In this document: positions 43,331-59,389 of the stretch, piece by piece | How positions within the stretch are numbered: position 1 is the stretch's first letter | Layout of the letters: each line of letters begins with the position of its first letter | Assembly: GCF_009914755.1 (NCBI RefSeq) | Contig: NC_060925.1 | Strand: one strand, 5' to 3' | DNA length: 64,000 nucleotides | Source: the human T2T-CHM13v2.0 reference genome, Homo sapiens | The notes under the pieces: model-generated | Database searches by the model: none | The model's input: the letters and a program-made list of their open reading frames with translations, nothing else | What the model was told of the DNA's origin: nothing | Position numbers and translations under genes: made by a program

Positions 43331-44539
43331 TACAAGATTTAGCTTGGAGATAAAGATGTCCACCTGTATTGGAATTAATAATCCATGTTTATTACCCTAA
43401 AAATAATAATGAGATATGATGTTGTGTAGCCCTAGGAGGGGAGCTAAAGCTCACATGGAAACTGAAGAACATCAGGTAAATCCAATTATCTGAGCACTGA
43501 GCAGCAGGAGGTGTTTGATATACATTAGTTGGACATAGCAAGCTGTAAAGGAGATGGTACTTTTAAACAGGACTCATGTCATCAAGAAGTTTCTATGCCA
43601 ACAATAATTCATCATAAATTTAGGAAACAGTGCCAAATGCAACCCCAGATTATCTGAGTTGTAATTTCTAGGGATAATGGCTGTTAACTCCTTTTTCTCT
43701 GAGATATATAAAACCCTGAATATGAATTTGTATGTTTTCACAAGTTACACTGTAATAGTGAGGGAGTGGGTGATATTAATTTCTGTTTTCTGTTGGATAG
43801 GAAGAGGTCTAAGAAGATAAAACTGCTTTCATAAAGTCAGTCAATTGAAATAGAAACTCTATCTCTTAACACCAGATTTCAACTTCGATTCTGTAAAACT
43901 CACCGCCTTCACATGGGCCTAGAGTGCACAGTAGCTCTGATTTCCTTTGGTTTCATTTTTAAGAGTAATAACTTGTAAATTTAAACCAATTCCATGGTTT
44001 TTCCTATCACTGTCTTTCTGGATATGGTTTAGGGTGTTTTTCTTTGCAGCTTCTAAGTAAATGTGATGTAGGTGTGAGTCTCGTGCTGGGAAGGATTAGA
44101 AGGCAGTGCAGTCATGGAGTCTCTGGGGACCCACACCTTTGGTTTTTCATTACAAGCAGGTGCACCAAGCTGGGATCAAATACAAGATCTGAGAGAAAAG
44201 AGCCTGCATTCCAGGAAGCAGTGTCAGCTTCCAAGCAGGATGCAGCAAGGTAGTTGGGTGAAACTTGAGGATCAGAGAGATGTCTGTCCTGAAAGGAGCC
44301 CCCATCTATGGGGAAGTTTTATATACAGAAAATGGGTATCAGAATTTGAGATAATGACCAGTCAAGATAGGAGAGGTATGGTAGAAGAATCTGCTATAGT
44401 AGAAGCTGAGAGGTCATTGACATCATGCCTATTATTTTAAGACAAATGGACAAAAAAGACAAATAGAACCTGTAAAGAAATGATGGTTCTATAACTCGCA
44501 AGCAGAAAGCAAATGAAATAAGAGAAAAATAAGTTTTTG

Positions 44540-45010
44540 GGCACCAGTGTTAGTTATCATTTGTTATTCTCAGAAATAACAAATACGTATGTCTAGAAAT
44601 ATATACCTTAGGAAAAACATCAGAAACAGCAAAGATTTCTGCTAGAAGATGTACATCACTGTGTTAGTCAGACTAATAAAATAATGGAAGCAGATTTCAT
44701 GTTCAACCATGAGGGATTCTAAATAATTTAGCACATATTAATACAAGTAAATATTAGATGCCTATTAAATAAGCTCTTAAAGACTGTTTCATGGCACGAA
44801 AATGTTTACAATATTGTATTTAGTAAAAAAGCAAGACATAAAACATGTATACAATGTGATTTTCTGCAAAAGAAACACAAGAATGTAAAAGAAAAAAAAA
44901 CTGGAGGTAAATGCCATAAAGGAAACAATGATACCCTATCATTAGGTGATGAATTTGTGAGAGATTTTTGTATTCTACAACTAGCTTTCAATAATAATAT
45001 TATTTGAATA
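44540..45010 (+). mobile_element. ancient L1ME-like 3' fragment
   Basis: agaagatgtacatcactgtgtt...aaatgtttacaatattgtatttagtaaaaaagcaag. Confidence 0.55.
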
Positions 45011-45344
45011 AAGGTTATGTAATAAACCAACACAGAAAGATGGCCAATGTGCCTGGAAACCATTTTTTTTTCCTACTAAAAGCTACTGTGCATATTAAAC
45101 CTGGAGAAAGGCAATTCCAAATTAACCTTACGCAGCACTAACCCCATGGCTACCTTGGTTCAAACATAAAGGAATTCACCAAGACCACACTACTCAGCTG
45201 GCCTCAGGAATGCACATGTCTGAGCCATTTCCCTTCGGCCATGTGGGGAACATCATTCGCATATGTCCAGAGTTGTAAGCAGTCCAAGTTCTGTCATTTT
45301 CGGTGGGTAAAGGGAGGAAGAGGACTACGTGATGGCATGCATAG

Positions 45345-45852
<508 letters not shown>

Positions 45853-46086
45853 GTTTATTTGGTTTTTAAATGTTCTCCTCTTGGAAAATGAGCTTTTTCA
45901 TATGCTGCAAGTAGGATACGAACTGGTACAACATTTTTTAAAGATCTTTTAGTGATTCAAAACATGTATACATGTATGTTCGTGTAAGTTTACCTACTTG
46001 AAAGTATGTATACCCTTTAACCCCAAATGCCACTTTGAGGGGTTTATTCTAGGTAAATAATCAGCAATATTTATAAACAAAGGTTT

Positions 46087-48490
<2,404 letters not shown>

Positions 48491-49009
48491 TTATTTTATT
48501 ATGAACAAAAGTTTCTTATCAGATTATTATTTATAATTGAGAAAAACTGAGAATTATCTAAATGTTTAAAAATAGGAGATAAATTAAATGAATAGTATAT
48601 TCACAAAATAGTAAACTATGCCATTGTTTAAAAATAATAATATTTAATGGCATGAAAATATTTATGGTATATTGGTAAGTACAAAAAGCACAGTATAGAA
48701 CACTGTGATGCTAATTTTGTTATTTTTTTTTAAGGATGACTAAAAGCCTGTACAACACAGTGTCAACTGTAGTATCTCTGGGTGACTTTTATGTACTTTT
48801 TCTATTTTCCTATGTTTTTCAAACATTATATATTGAACATACATTATATTACTTTACTAATAAGACAAAATAAGTTATAATATTTCAAATTTCTTTGCAT
48901 TAAAAACCAGTGTTCACATATGAAATTTGGTTTAAACAACAACATTGACTATCACATGTCATTGGCAACTTTTGGATAAGACACAAAAGCTCATAGAAAA
49001 GGCTAAGCC

Positions 49010-49100
49010 AATAATATTTGTTGAGAATTTACTATGTGCCAGGTATTTTGCCAAGCTTATCTAATTTAATCCTCATATAAACCACCTGAGATAGATGGTG
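49010..49100 (-). mobile_element. MIR fragment
   Basis: atatttgttgagaatttactatgtgccaggta...atttaatcctcat. Confidence 0.7.
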
Positions 49101-51689
49101 TACAGCCTTTCTTTAATTCCTCTTTATATACTGGAATATAATTCATCCAGAAGATTTTCTCACAAGGGTCTTGTTCAATGTCATTGAAACCACCCTGTAT
49201 TTTTCAAAATGATGATGATGAGCTGATTCCTGAGGTTGGAACTGAAAATTGTTCTGTGATTGTGAGACATGGCTCTTTGAAAGCATCACAAGCACCATCA
49301 CAGTGAGGAAACACAAAGACTTCTGGGAAGGAATTAGTTATTGGCACCAGGAATCGATGTCTAAGACAGATGTCCATGACTTCCGTCCAGTCTAGCCTTA
49401 AAAACTTGTAAACACATATCTCTATGAAGAACCAGAACCTCTCTGAGGGGAATGTGTATTCGTTCTCCTTCCTTTTGGATCTAATCATTTTACCAAATTA
49501 CTTGAGAACATGCACCAAAAAACAAAAAGAAGTGTAACTTTTCCTTTAATGGATTAAATAACCAGAAAGTTTGTAAAGTGGAAAAAGTAAGTATGAATTC
49601 TATTTTCCCTAAGATCAGAAGTAAAACAATTTAATCTTTTTGAAGAGATCAGATAATTTGGTTTTGGCATTTAAAATTCTCTGTCTCTTTTCTGAGAAAG
49701 GATCACTTGATTTTATAAATTCTTTCCTCCATCAATTAAAAATACTCTGATTCTTCCTAGTGATTGAGGTAAAAAACAAGGTTTCATATAGATGTTTTTC
49801 TTCTAGTGGCCACAAAAGTAGGGTTTAACATTTAGGGAATGTGTATCTCATCTTTTCTGAAGTTTTATTTATTAGCAATGTGTCATTTTTATATTTTATG
49901 AAGAATGCTTCCCAAGACAGTGTGGCTGAATATCTCAACTCCAGTTGGATGGGAGTAAAAAGGCCTTTATAATTACAGGGTGGAAAAGTAATGCAAGCTT
50001 CATTTAGACAAAGAGTTCTTTGCCCTAGACAACTTCAAAAAGTGACCGAGGGAGGGTCTGGAATTTCATTTAAATGAACATGGTGCCTGTCATTATACTT
50101 GACACCTGGGTTTAGTATCCAAATGCTGAATGAAAAAAAAAAAAAAAAAAAAAAACCACAGACCACAATAGGACAAGATAGATACCTCTGTATATTGCTC
50201 TTCACGCAACACTTTCCTCATTGCCAAGAAGAGTATTATAAATCACTCCCTGATTATTCTTCATATGTTCCCCAGATTGTAGTTCATTTTCCCAAACTTC
50301 AACTTATTGCTCTTTGCTGGACTGTAAGACCAGAGTGTGATATTGAAACCAGGCTCAACTTCTTCAGAACTCTACTATTCATATTACTCAGCCTTTGTGG
50401 TTGTGCTCAGTGCTAAATCTATGGTTGCTCCACTCCCATTAAAAGCTCCCTGGATTTTGTTTAAGCAGGGTGATATCCTTTGTTACCTCTGAATGGCCTG
50501 TGGACAATTTTGGCTAACCCTTGAGAAGTCCACACACTTTGCCTGGTTTGACGTACTTCAGAAGCCATCAAATATAGCACATGTAATGGCTCTGTGACAG
50601 GAAGATTCTGAAGCTGGGGACTAGGAATATATGTTGTCCTAATTACTGAGGGATGCTTTTACCTATCAGTATAAGCTCTGAAAGGAAATGGATGTGGCTA
50701 AGTGTACATGGATCATTAAGCTTTCTTCCTTCTATAAACTGTGATCTTTCTTCCAATTTTAACTTGAATGTCAGGCAATAGGATCACAGTTCCAAGAAGA
50801 AAAAAATGTTTAAGGCCTGGAGAAGGGAACGGTGGGGAAAAGAAGTAACATTTTTAAAAGTCTCTTGAGTTTTAAGTGGAGACACTGAAGGAGGCAGGAT
50901 CAAAGACATCTTTTCATAATACTGGTAATAATTATTACTGATGATAATTTAAATACTTGATTGTTTCCACTATATTCAAAGGAGACTTGTGGTTTGGTTG
51001 TGCCTCCAGAAATTACAGAATATAAAACAAAGTTGGAAAGTTGCACATGGACCAGACTTTGTAAAGGAAAGAAATAGCATTTGAAATTTAAATAGAACTC
51101 ATAGAAATTATTTTGCAAAGATAATTTATTAGGAGAAGCAGAAAGAACTCTAACCAAAAAAGAATAAGGTGTCACATGTGTTTTTTACGAAACAACATAA
51201 AAGGGAGCTTTAATGATGCCTTCCAGAATGCAGTAATAAATATTGGTGATATAATGTAGGGATTGGGCATGATGGGTGGAAGCAGGTAAATAATAAATAT
51301 TCACTGGACCAGATTCTAGTATAGAGTTGAGTAGGGAGAAGCCAAGTTACAATTTTTGCACAAAGAATACCGTGTTCTCAAAACTCCTTGCCTCCTCCAA
51401 AACACTATATCCATTTGAAGAAGGGTTCCAGCCAGAACTCAGTTCTTCCATGCCCCTCATGTCTGACAAGAAGTTCTGCAAAAACATGTCTTGCCAACCT
51501 GCACATCACTCATGTCCTGAACTTTCTGGAAATTTAAGCCCTCATTGGGAGAATAGGATGTTTGTTTTAAGTTCCCTCTATAGGCCCATAGGAGTTTATA
51601 ACTGCCTGTAGCTGGTGCCAGCTATACAGACTGAAGTGTGTAAAGATCAACTATAGATAATTGAGTTAGAGATTGCTAATAATCACTGA

Positions 51690-51975
51690 TGGTTAACAAA
51701 TCAACAAAAGAATTTATCAAATATCCTTGATATGTAAGGCCAGAGGAATATAAATAAATTTAAGACACAGCTGCATTCAAGAGACCTACAATCTTGTTGT
51801 AGGGAGGACATTAGATATTAGTTATTGCTAGGTATTGTTAGTTAATTTTTCATGAATATCAACATGAATTGGATGATCAATAAAAGCCATCAAGTTCAGA
51901 TAAAGGAGAAATAGATCACCAGGAACTAGAGTGATGACAGTCTTCAGAAAATTTATGAGACCTGAGGAAGGAAGG
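51690..51975 (-). mobile_element. L2 fragment
   Basis: tcaacaaaagaatttatc...taagacacagctgcattcaagagacctacaatct. Confidence 0.55.
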
Positions 51976-52004
51976 GAGAGAACAAACATACCTTCACATG
52001 TTCT

Positions 52005-52175
52005 TTTACTTAATCCTCTCACTGAGTATCTGAGGTAGATTTTGTTCTTATTTTACATATGAGAACACGGAAGCCCAGAGATGCTTAGAAACTTGTGAAG
52101 GTCACAAAACCAGTAAACAGAAACATCAGGATTTGAACCCAGTTTCAGCTGCATTCATAATCTTATACTCTTTGC
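52005..52175 (-). mobile_element. MIR
   Basis: attttacatatgagaacacggaagcccagaga...aaggtcacaaaaccagtaa...caggatttgaaccc. Confidence 0.8.
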
Positions 52176-52419
52176 ACTTTATCATGAAGGATGGATGGAT
52201 GTGATGGGCTGAGAAGAGGCCAGAGAGCTGATTTAGAAAACATAGGTGCTGATTCACAAAACACAGCATTTGGCATGTGTTTTCTAAAGAAACACCTGCC
52301 AGATGATTGAAATTAGTCCAGAAGTTAGCAGCTGTCTCAGTGAAGGAAGAAGGAAAGAAACATGGCAGCCCAACACACGGAAGAAGATGCTATAATTGGA
52401 GAGTTTTTAGCTAATTATT

Positions 52420-52881
52420 TTCCTATTTGGGGTTTCTCCAGAAGCAGACTGAGAGACAAAGATTCAAATGCAAGCAGTATGTAAGGGTCAAACTGGAAAA
52501 ATTGATAAAAAACTATAGGAGTGAGACAGAAGAGAAGGCAGCAAACACAAGGTCAGATATTAAGACAACGACCACTGTGGATAACAGAAACTTAATCTTA
52601 CAGGGGAATCTTTGGAAAACGGTGTAGAAAACAAGCCTCAGACTCCTCCACCCAAGTATTCAGCTCCTACCAGCCATTGGTTAAGAACTGCAGGTGGCAG
52701 AGGGTACAGTAGTTATTTCTCTGGTACTGCTTGTCTACCATGTATACAAAGAGACCTTTATCCAAGTCTTGGAGGAAAAGCCCAAGGAGAATGCATAAGA
52801 TACTGACAGCTGAAGCTGGCTGCCTGAATGACATGGTTAAGGCCCAGGGATATGCACAGGGCATTGATAGCACCTGCTACA
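52420..52881 (-). mobile_element. LTR33-like ERVL solo LTR
   Basis: ccagaagcagactgagagacaaagattcaaatgcaagcagt...accactgtggataac...cagccattggttaagaactgc...gcacctgctaca. Confidence 0.75.
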
Positions 52882-52956
52882 AACATCAGTATCTTTGGCG
52901 CAGGCTTTGTGATATTCTCTATTATTCTACCCTCTTTGAAGTGTATGAGTATGCAG

Positions 52957-53150
52957 ATCATTGTCTCTCAAACTTCCGAGTGCATAAGGAGCACTTGGGA
53001 AGCTTGTTAGCAAACCAGATTCTGGAAACTTACCCATTGAAATTCTGACTCCTATTTCAGGAATAGAGTCCAGGAATTTGCATCATTAATAGGTATCCCA
53101 GATGATTCTGACACATAAGGTCTGCGGATCACACAATGAGAGACAATGCC
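52957..53150. mobile_element. MER5A (hAT-Charlie)
   Basis: tctcaaacttccgagtgcataaggagcacttgggaagcttgtt...caggaatttgcat...cccagatgattctga. Confidence 0.8.
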
Positions 53151-53204
53151 CGGACTGTCCAAGTATTATACAAAAAATATACGAACAAGAGGGAAGCTCT
53201 GTTA

Positions 53205-53425
53205 TTCGGTAAAGAGAATGGCTTTTGGATCAAGGTATCCTTGGATTTGAAAGCTGGCTCCATTACTTAGTGATCTTAGGAAAGTTAAATAATCTCTTTG
53301 CTTCTGTTTCTTTACCTATAAAATTGGGGTAAAAGCACCCATCTCAACTGTTTGTATGAGAATTAAATAATGTAATACAGAATAGTCCAGAGCAGTGTAA
53401 GGTACATGGTAAGTGCTCAGTGTTA
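53205..53425 (+). mobile_element. MIR
   Basis: ctggctccattacttagtgatcttaggaaagttaaataatctc...ctataaaattgggg...gagaattaaat. Confidence 0.85.
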
Positions 53426-54803
53426 ATTCCCTCCTTTAATTTTTCTTAGGAGATTAAAATCTGTTGACTTCTTTGTACCAATGGCAATTGATTGTTAGTG
53501 CTGTTTGACAAATTATGCCTGTATAATTTATACAAATTATAGAAGAAAACTCAGTAATAAAACAATGCAGGCCTCAGCTCTAAATTTACCCCATACTTTG
53601 TCAGTGCACCTAAAACTTGGGCTATTTTTTGTCTTCCACTTGCAATCACATTACCTAATGATTATCCTGGGGCTATCAAAAGAAATGCTCACATGCCAAG
53701 GAACAGATCAGGTTGATCTGGCTTCTAGATCTTGCCCAAGGACTTGACTCTAGATTCTCATTCTTAGACACTGAATTTCTATACTGAGAAGCTACTACAT
53801 TTGGTTTATTGGCTCTTTATGTTTCCAGGAATGACATTTCCAAGCATATATTGGGGAAAAAAAGGATGATACCAAGAAAAAGATTAGAGACAACGCATAG
53901 ATCATGATTTTGGATAAATCATGCCTATTTATTGTTATCCCATCATACCCAAATTGATTGGCAATCAGAATGAATTTGAAATTATAATAGTATTACCATA
54001 ATATGGACCTAAAAAGATGAATATTATAGCACAAAGCAAAATGCTTTGCACTTAGAAGATCCACAAATGCTTGTTGAGTTTATGATGTCATTCAGGGCAC
54101 CCGGTCATCTTTATGCTTCCTCAACGTCTCTAGGTACAATCGTTTTCTCCCATGACTCATCTTTCTCTTAGTCTCCTAGTTTGGCCTAAGTGTTAACCAA
54201 ATCTCTTTTGCCTTAGTTTAAGATAATTGACTTCTACTTTGTCCTTGGAATATGGAGAAAAATATAATAAAGAACGAAGCTTTGTTAACTTAATTGCATA
54301 AATAACATGTCTAGACTAATACTAGTGATTTAAAAGGAAAAAAAGCTTTCTATAAATATTGATCCCATTTCCCTGATATGGGTCTTTTGCCATAGCACAG
54401 TGCCACCCACAAACATGGAGCAAGGGCATTTGTTTTTTTAAACACAAACGTATGAGATATGCATTCCAGCATCTAAACATCACCAGAAAAACAGACACTG
54501 CTGGACATGAAGCCTGAAGCATGAGCCAAACAGGAAATCACTCTTTTATCTAACCCCATGAAACTGCACCTTCTAAAGCAGTCATTTTCCCCATGTCTAC
54601 TCAGGAAAGCCAGTGTAGTCTAATCATATAAAGATGGCCTTGAGGGCTCTGTCTATTCTTGAGGCCTGAGATCAAGTCCCATCTTGACACCTCATTTTCT
54701 CTAATGTAAAATTATGGAGTTGGATGAAATGACAGATAAACCCTCCTGCATCCCTAAAGGTAATTTGTCTAAGGGAAACATTTAAGATAATCAATAATAA
54801 CTA

Positions 54804-55429
54804 CAGTTGACTCTCATTATTTGCAGAAAGTGTGTTCTATACAGTAGCCTCAAACACTAAATGAATAGCAAATACTGAACCATTGCTCCTAGAGGAAATA
54901 CAGAGTTAGGTTTCTGCAAGCCTCTGAGCACATTTTTTTTTTTATCAACTGATCAATTGATCAATAAATAACCTTGTTTTATGTATGTTTTTGTTTAAAA
55001 ATACCTTATTTAATATATGCTATTGATTTATTAACATTGAAATCATGGCCAAAAGCACTGCAAATCATGACTGGATGGAGCTTATCTAACAGGGATACTT
55101 TCTCTGCAAGGCACATTAGAGTCTTCTTGTGCTTTGGATCACTACACAGTACATTAGCACCGTAATTGGAGGCCATTCCAAATAGCAAAATCACCAACAA
55201 AGTACAAAAATGCAGAAAACATGGCATTAAATAGACCATGGAAAGAATACACAGAACATCATCTTATTCCACTTCAGGTGGGAACCTGTGGATCAGGAGA
55301 CTCAGACTTTTGCCTATGTGTGTCTGTGAATGACCACAAAAGAGCCACAAATATTGATTTGGCAGTTACAAATTAGTTTTAGTGAATAGGTACACAAGTA
55401 CAGAATCTGCCAATAATCAGAATCAACTG
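54804..55429 (-). mobile_element. MER82 (Tigger) DNA transposon
   Basis: TA|cagttgactctcattatt...aataatcagaatcaactg|TA inverted ends; transposase N-terminal remnant on minus strand. Confidence 0.9.
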
Positions 55430-56229
55430 TACATTAAAAATATAAATACATTTTGTTATTTTATAGTCTCTTGCTTCCGAAAATAGCAAATTTTCTCCAA
55501 AACCTTAACTTAAAAGCAGTGTAGTAAGCCCCTGAGCTCCCCTGTGAATTCGGTAAAATTACAACCCCATCTCACAGATGGTGAAATTTAGAAATGAAGC
55601 ACCTTCCTGCATGTCCCCAAGCAATGTGACAGCCAAGCCAAGATAGCTCAGGAGTGTGAAACTAATCCTGTGTTTGGCCCACTGGGCTGCCTTGTTCCTG
55701 CTCAGTTACCTGCTGTACGATGTTCTCCCTTCACTGCTTGTTAGCTACATCCTGCACTCAGGCTCCATGGTGGAAGTCTGCAAATCATTCTGGGACATGC
55801 CTTCTGGAACTGAAACAAGTGATTATAACTATCAACCTGTAATTTTGTCCCGTAAGAGTGTTAGCTGAAGACTAACTGGCTGTTTTTTTACCATAATTTT
55901 TTCTTTCTGAGATGGCATTGCTGACATTTACTTCTATCCCCTGTGTACAGGCAAAAGTCTCAGCTTCACAGCCTCCTACTCAGGACACTCCAGTCTCATC
56001 TATCTCTACATATATGTACCTAGAAACCATACTGAGCTATTCACTGTTCCTTTTCTGGAGGGCAAGAATCAGTTTATATTAATTATTTTAATTCTCTTTT
56101 CCTTCTTACCATGTCTGTAGCAGTGCTTGGGGCACAGAACAGACTCTGAATATATTGATGAAATTGAATTCTGTTCTGCAGAGCACATTTCCCCAGCCTT
56201 TTCAGGACTTGTAATTGGGGGGAAACAGC

Positions 56230-56415
56230 ACTATGGAGTATTTTCAGACTTGCTAAACACTTTATATAATTTATCTCACTTAATCCTTAACAACCCTGCA
56301 AATCATTATTTTTCCCATGTTATAAATGGAGAAACAGGTCTGAAAGAATTTACATAACTAGTCTAAAGTCACAAAGCTAGTAAATGCAGAGCTGTGATTG
56401 AAACTTAGAACCTGT
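56230..56415 (-). mobile_element. MIR
   Basis: tatctcacttaatccttaacaaccctg...aaagtcacaaagctagtaaatgcagagct. Confidence 0.8.
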
Positions 56416-57181
56416 TTTTCCTATGGGCTATGGCTTAATTTATTGGTGGCAATAATGCCTTATATTTCATCAGCTGCAGTTTTAACCAAACAGGTAATTT
56501 CAGTTTGAAAAAAGAAATAATTTTATTCTACTACTCGTTGCCTAGACTTTCATAGACAGACAAAAAGAGTTTTGGAAGAAAATAAGGATTGGAGTATTCA
56601 GGTTAAAACCATCTGCCATTTACCGGTTGCCCTGTAAGATTTACATAAAAGTTTCTCTGCCAAGAAATATGAATGTAGTCATACACTGGGAGGACCATTT
56701 TAAGATGTTTATCTTTCAAAGAAATGGAGATTAATAGAAGTAATATATCACAAGTTGAATACAAACAACAGTATTGGAAATCTCTAAACACAGTATACAA
56801 AATGGCTTTATTTTACAGCTACTCATCTTTCACCTAATTACACAGCTTCTATATTATCTCATAAGAAGATAAGTAACTGACATTCTTTTCTCTCCATTAG
56901 TAGCTGTTGGACATTGTTGGTCTGTCTAGAATTCAGCAGATATTACAATTCCCATTATATAGATGAGGTTCAGAAAGCTTAATTGTTCCAAAAGATTCTT
57001 TTGCATCAGTTGTGTGCCAAGCATTGCATCTGACAATAAACCCTGGATTTGGTGACATCCTAAGCTCCCTTTCAGTCAATAGTCTATTCTTTTCTGTGGC
57101 TACTCTAAAGATTATCAAATTCTTTCAATAACTATGAGCCCATTAAAAGTCTTTGGAAGAATGCGTAAACCCAGACAGAGA

Positions 57182-57219
57182 TTTTTTCTTTTTCTTTTTC
57201 TTTTTTTTTTTTTTTTTTT
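57182..57219. repeat. T-rich simple repeat
   Basis: (TTTTTC)n then poly-T. Confidence 0.85.
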
Positions 57220-58302
57220 GACATTTGCTGAAATCATTCCAAGATTCTCAGGGCTGTGATTCTACACTTTTAAGATCTGCCTGTAACAATACATTGATTG
57301 AAAATCATGAAACCTTTAGAAAGATCCTTGGCATTTACCTTGCCCAGCTGTCATTCTCTCCATAACATCCATGTTCAGATTTAATATTTCCAGTGGTGAT
57401 TTTTCCACTGCTTATGCCATTTTGGGAAACTCTTCATGATAGCTATTTAAAATTCATCTCTCAGTGACCTTTTTCTGTAAGTCGTAACTCTTCTTGAACC
57501 ATAGAGAACAAATCCAAATAGTTTTAAAAGGACTCTATGTGGTGTGATCGTAAGTCCCTGACAATACTAGTTTATGAGTGTTGCCCTGGTTTCCTGTCTA
57601 TTTTAGCATCTATCTCAGACTTTTCATTGTATAATGAAATGTTAGTGTAATTGTTGCTTTAGAACAAGCTGTAAATAGTTGGGTAGGCCTCCCCTTTCCT
57701 CTTGCAACTTCTGCCGTGGTCTCATCTAGTAGCATGTGCGACATGCATTCAGTACACAGCGTTCTCACCCTCATAAATGTCCGAATCTAAAAGATCACCA
57801 GTGGTAATTCATCCCTCTTTCCCTGCCCCTTTCCTAATCATTAACATTTCTTCTTCAAAAAGAGGTTGCTGATAAAATGAAGTGTGCTCAGACAAAAGTT
57901 GCTAGGGACAGCTAACTCTTTCCAGTTTCAGGTAGTTCTGGGAGATGTATTTGATAATCTATCACTGCTGGCCGCTTGGTATACCAATCAGTTATACTGT
58001 GATCAGTGGCAAGGCCTGCAAGATACATGAAGTTACCAACTCACAGTCAACCAGGAGACTGTGAATGACAAATGTAATAAATTATAGTTCAGGTACACGT
58101 GAAATAAGTGGAGGAAATAAAGACAGAGTCATCCCACCTGTGGAGCAAAAAGAGAACAGTTTAAACAGTTTTCGTATTGTTTTGTCATTTATTGTACAGT
58201 GTAAAATTACAACTATTTACTTATTTTTTTTGACAAAGCTTTTCAATTTTGCCATACATACTTCTAGCAACAATAAGCTGAAAGAAAAAAAGTAGATGTG
58301 TG

Positions 58303-58811
58303 TGATATGGCTTGACTATATTTAGGTTGGTGCAAAAGTAATTACGATTTTTGCTATTGGAAGTAATGGCAAAGACCACATTCACTTTTGTACCAACATA
58401 ATATGCCCCCATCCAAATTTCATGTTGAATCGTAATCCCCAGTATTGGAGGTGAGGCCTTGTGGGAGGTGTTTGGATCATGGGGACATATCCCTCATGAG
58501 TGGTTTAGCCCATCCTCTTGGTGGTATATGAGTTCTCTGAGTTCTCAGGAGATCTGGTCATTTAAGTATGTGATCCCTCCCGTCTCACTCTGTTTCTTGC
58601 TCCTGCTTTTGCCATATGAAGTGCCTGCTCCCACTTCAGCTTCCACCATGAGTAAATGCTCCCTGAGGCATCCCCAGAAGCATATGTTGGTGTCATGCTT
58701 CCTGTACAGCCTGCAGAACTGTGAGCCAATTAAACCTCTTTTCTAATAAATTGCACAGTCTCAGATATTTCTTTATATTATATAATAGCAATGCAAGAAT
58801 GGCCTAATAAA
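58303..58811 (+). mobile_element. MSTA MaLR solo LTR, interrupted by Made1
   Basis: tgatatgg...catgttgaatcgtaatccccag...cagcctgcagaactgtgagccaattaaacctc...gcaatgcaagaatggcctaat; 5-bp TSD gtgtg/gtgta. Confidence 0.92.
58322..58401. mobile_element. Made1 (Hsmar1-derived MITE), 80-bp palindrome
   Basis: ttaggttggtgcaaaagtaatt...cacttttgtaccaacataa, TA on both flanks. Confidence 0.93.
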
Positions 58812-59136
58812 GTGTATTGAGTTGAAAAATAAGAAGCAAATTTTGCTTGCTCAAGAAAGTTAATAATAAGCATGTAATGTATATAAAATATTTGTTGGCA
58901 TTTACCATTCATCATGGGTTATAGTGATATACTGACCACATAAAAACCAGAAGATACAAATCTGCTGGAGAAGCACCAGACATTACTGTAAAAGTGAGTA
59001 ACTAGTTTGTAAAGACTGTGTCCCATTTGTAACCACAGAAGGTACCCTTCATAGCCGTCTGTGAAATATGACTTTTCATTTAGATCAAATAGCTATTTTA
59101 AATTACTTTCAGTCATTTTTCACTCTACGGGTTTCT

Positions 59137-59167
<31 letters not shown>

Positions 59168-59252
59168 TGTAAATGAATTAAGAGTAAAGCAATAGCTGTT
59201 AGTATATGGCTTAATGAGCAGAAGAAATTAACAGTTAAATAAGGACAATTTT

Positions 59253-59389
59253 GTTTTTGTTTTTCTTTTTTTAGAGACAGTTTTTCTCTATATTGCCCAG
59301 GCTGGACCCCAACTACCGGGCTCAAGAGATCCTCCTGCCTCAGCCACCTGAGTAGCTGGTACTACAGGCATGTGCCACTTCTCCTGGCT
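59253..59389 (-). mobile_element. FLAM (free left Alu monomer)
   Basis: Single monomer ttgcccaggctggaccccaactaccgggctcaagagatcctcctgcctcagcc; TSD gacaatttt/gacagtttt. Confidence 0.85.

Noticed and set aside
49209-49446. ATGATGA...CTGA as a C/D-box snoRNA
   Set aside because: The C box is part of a (GAT)n run, no terminal stem is seen, and no rRNA/snRNA guide is recognisable
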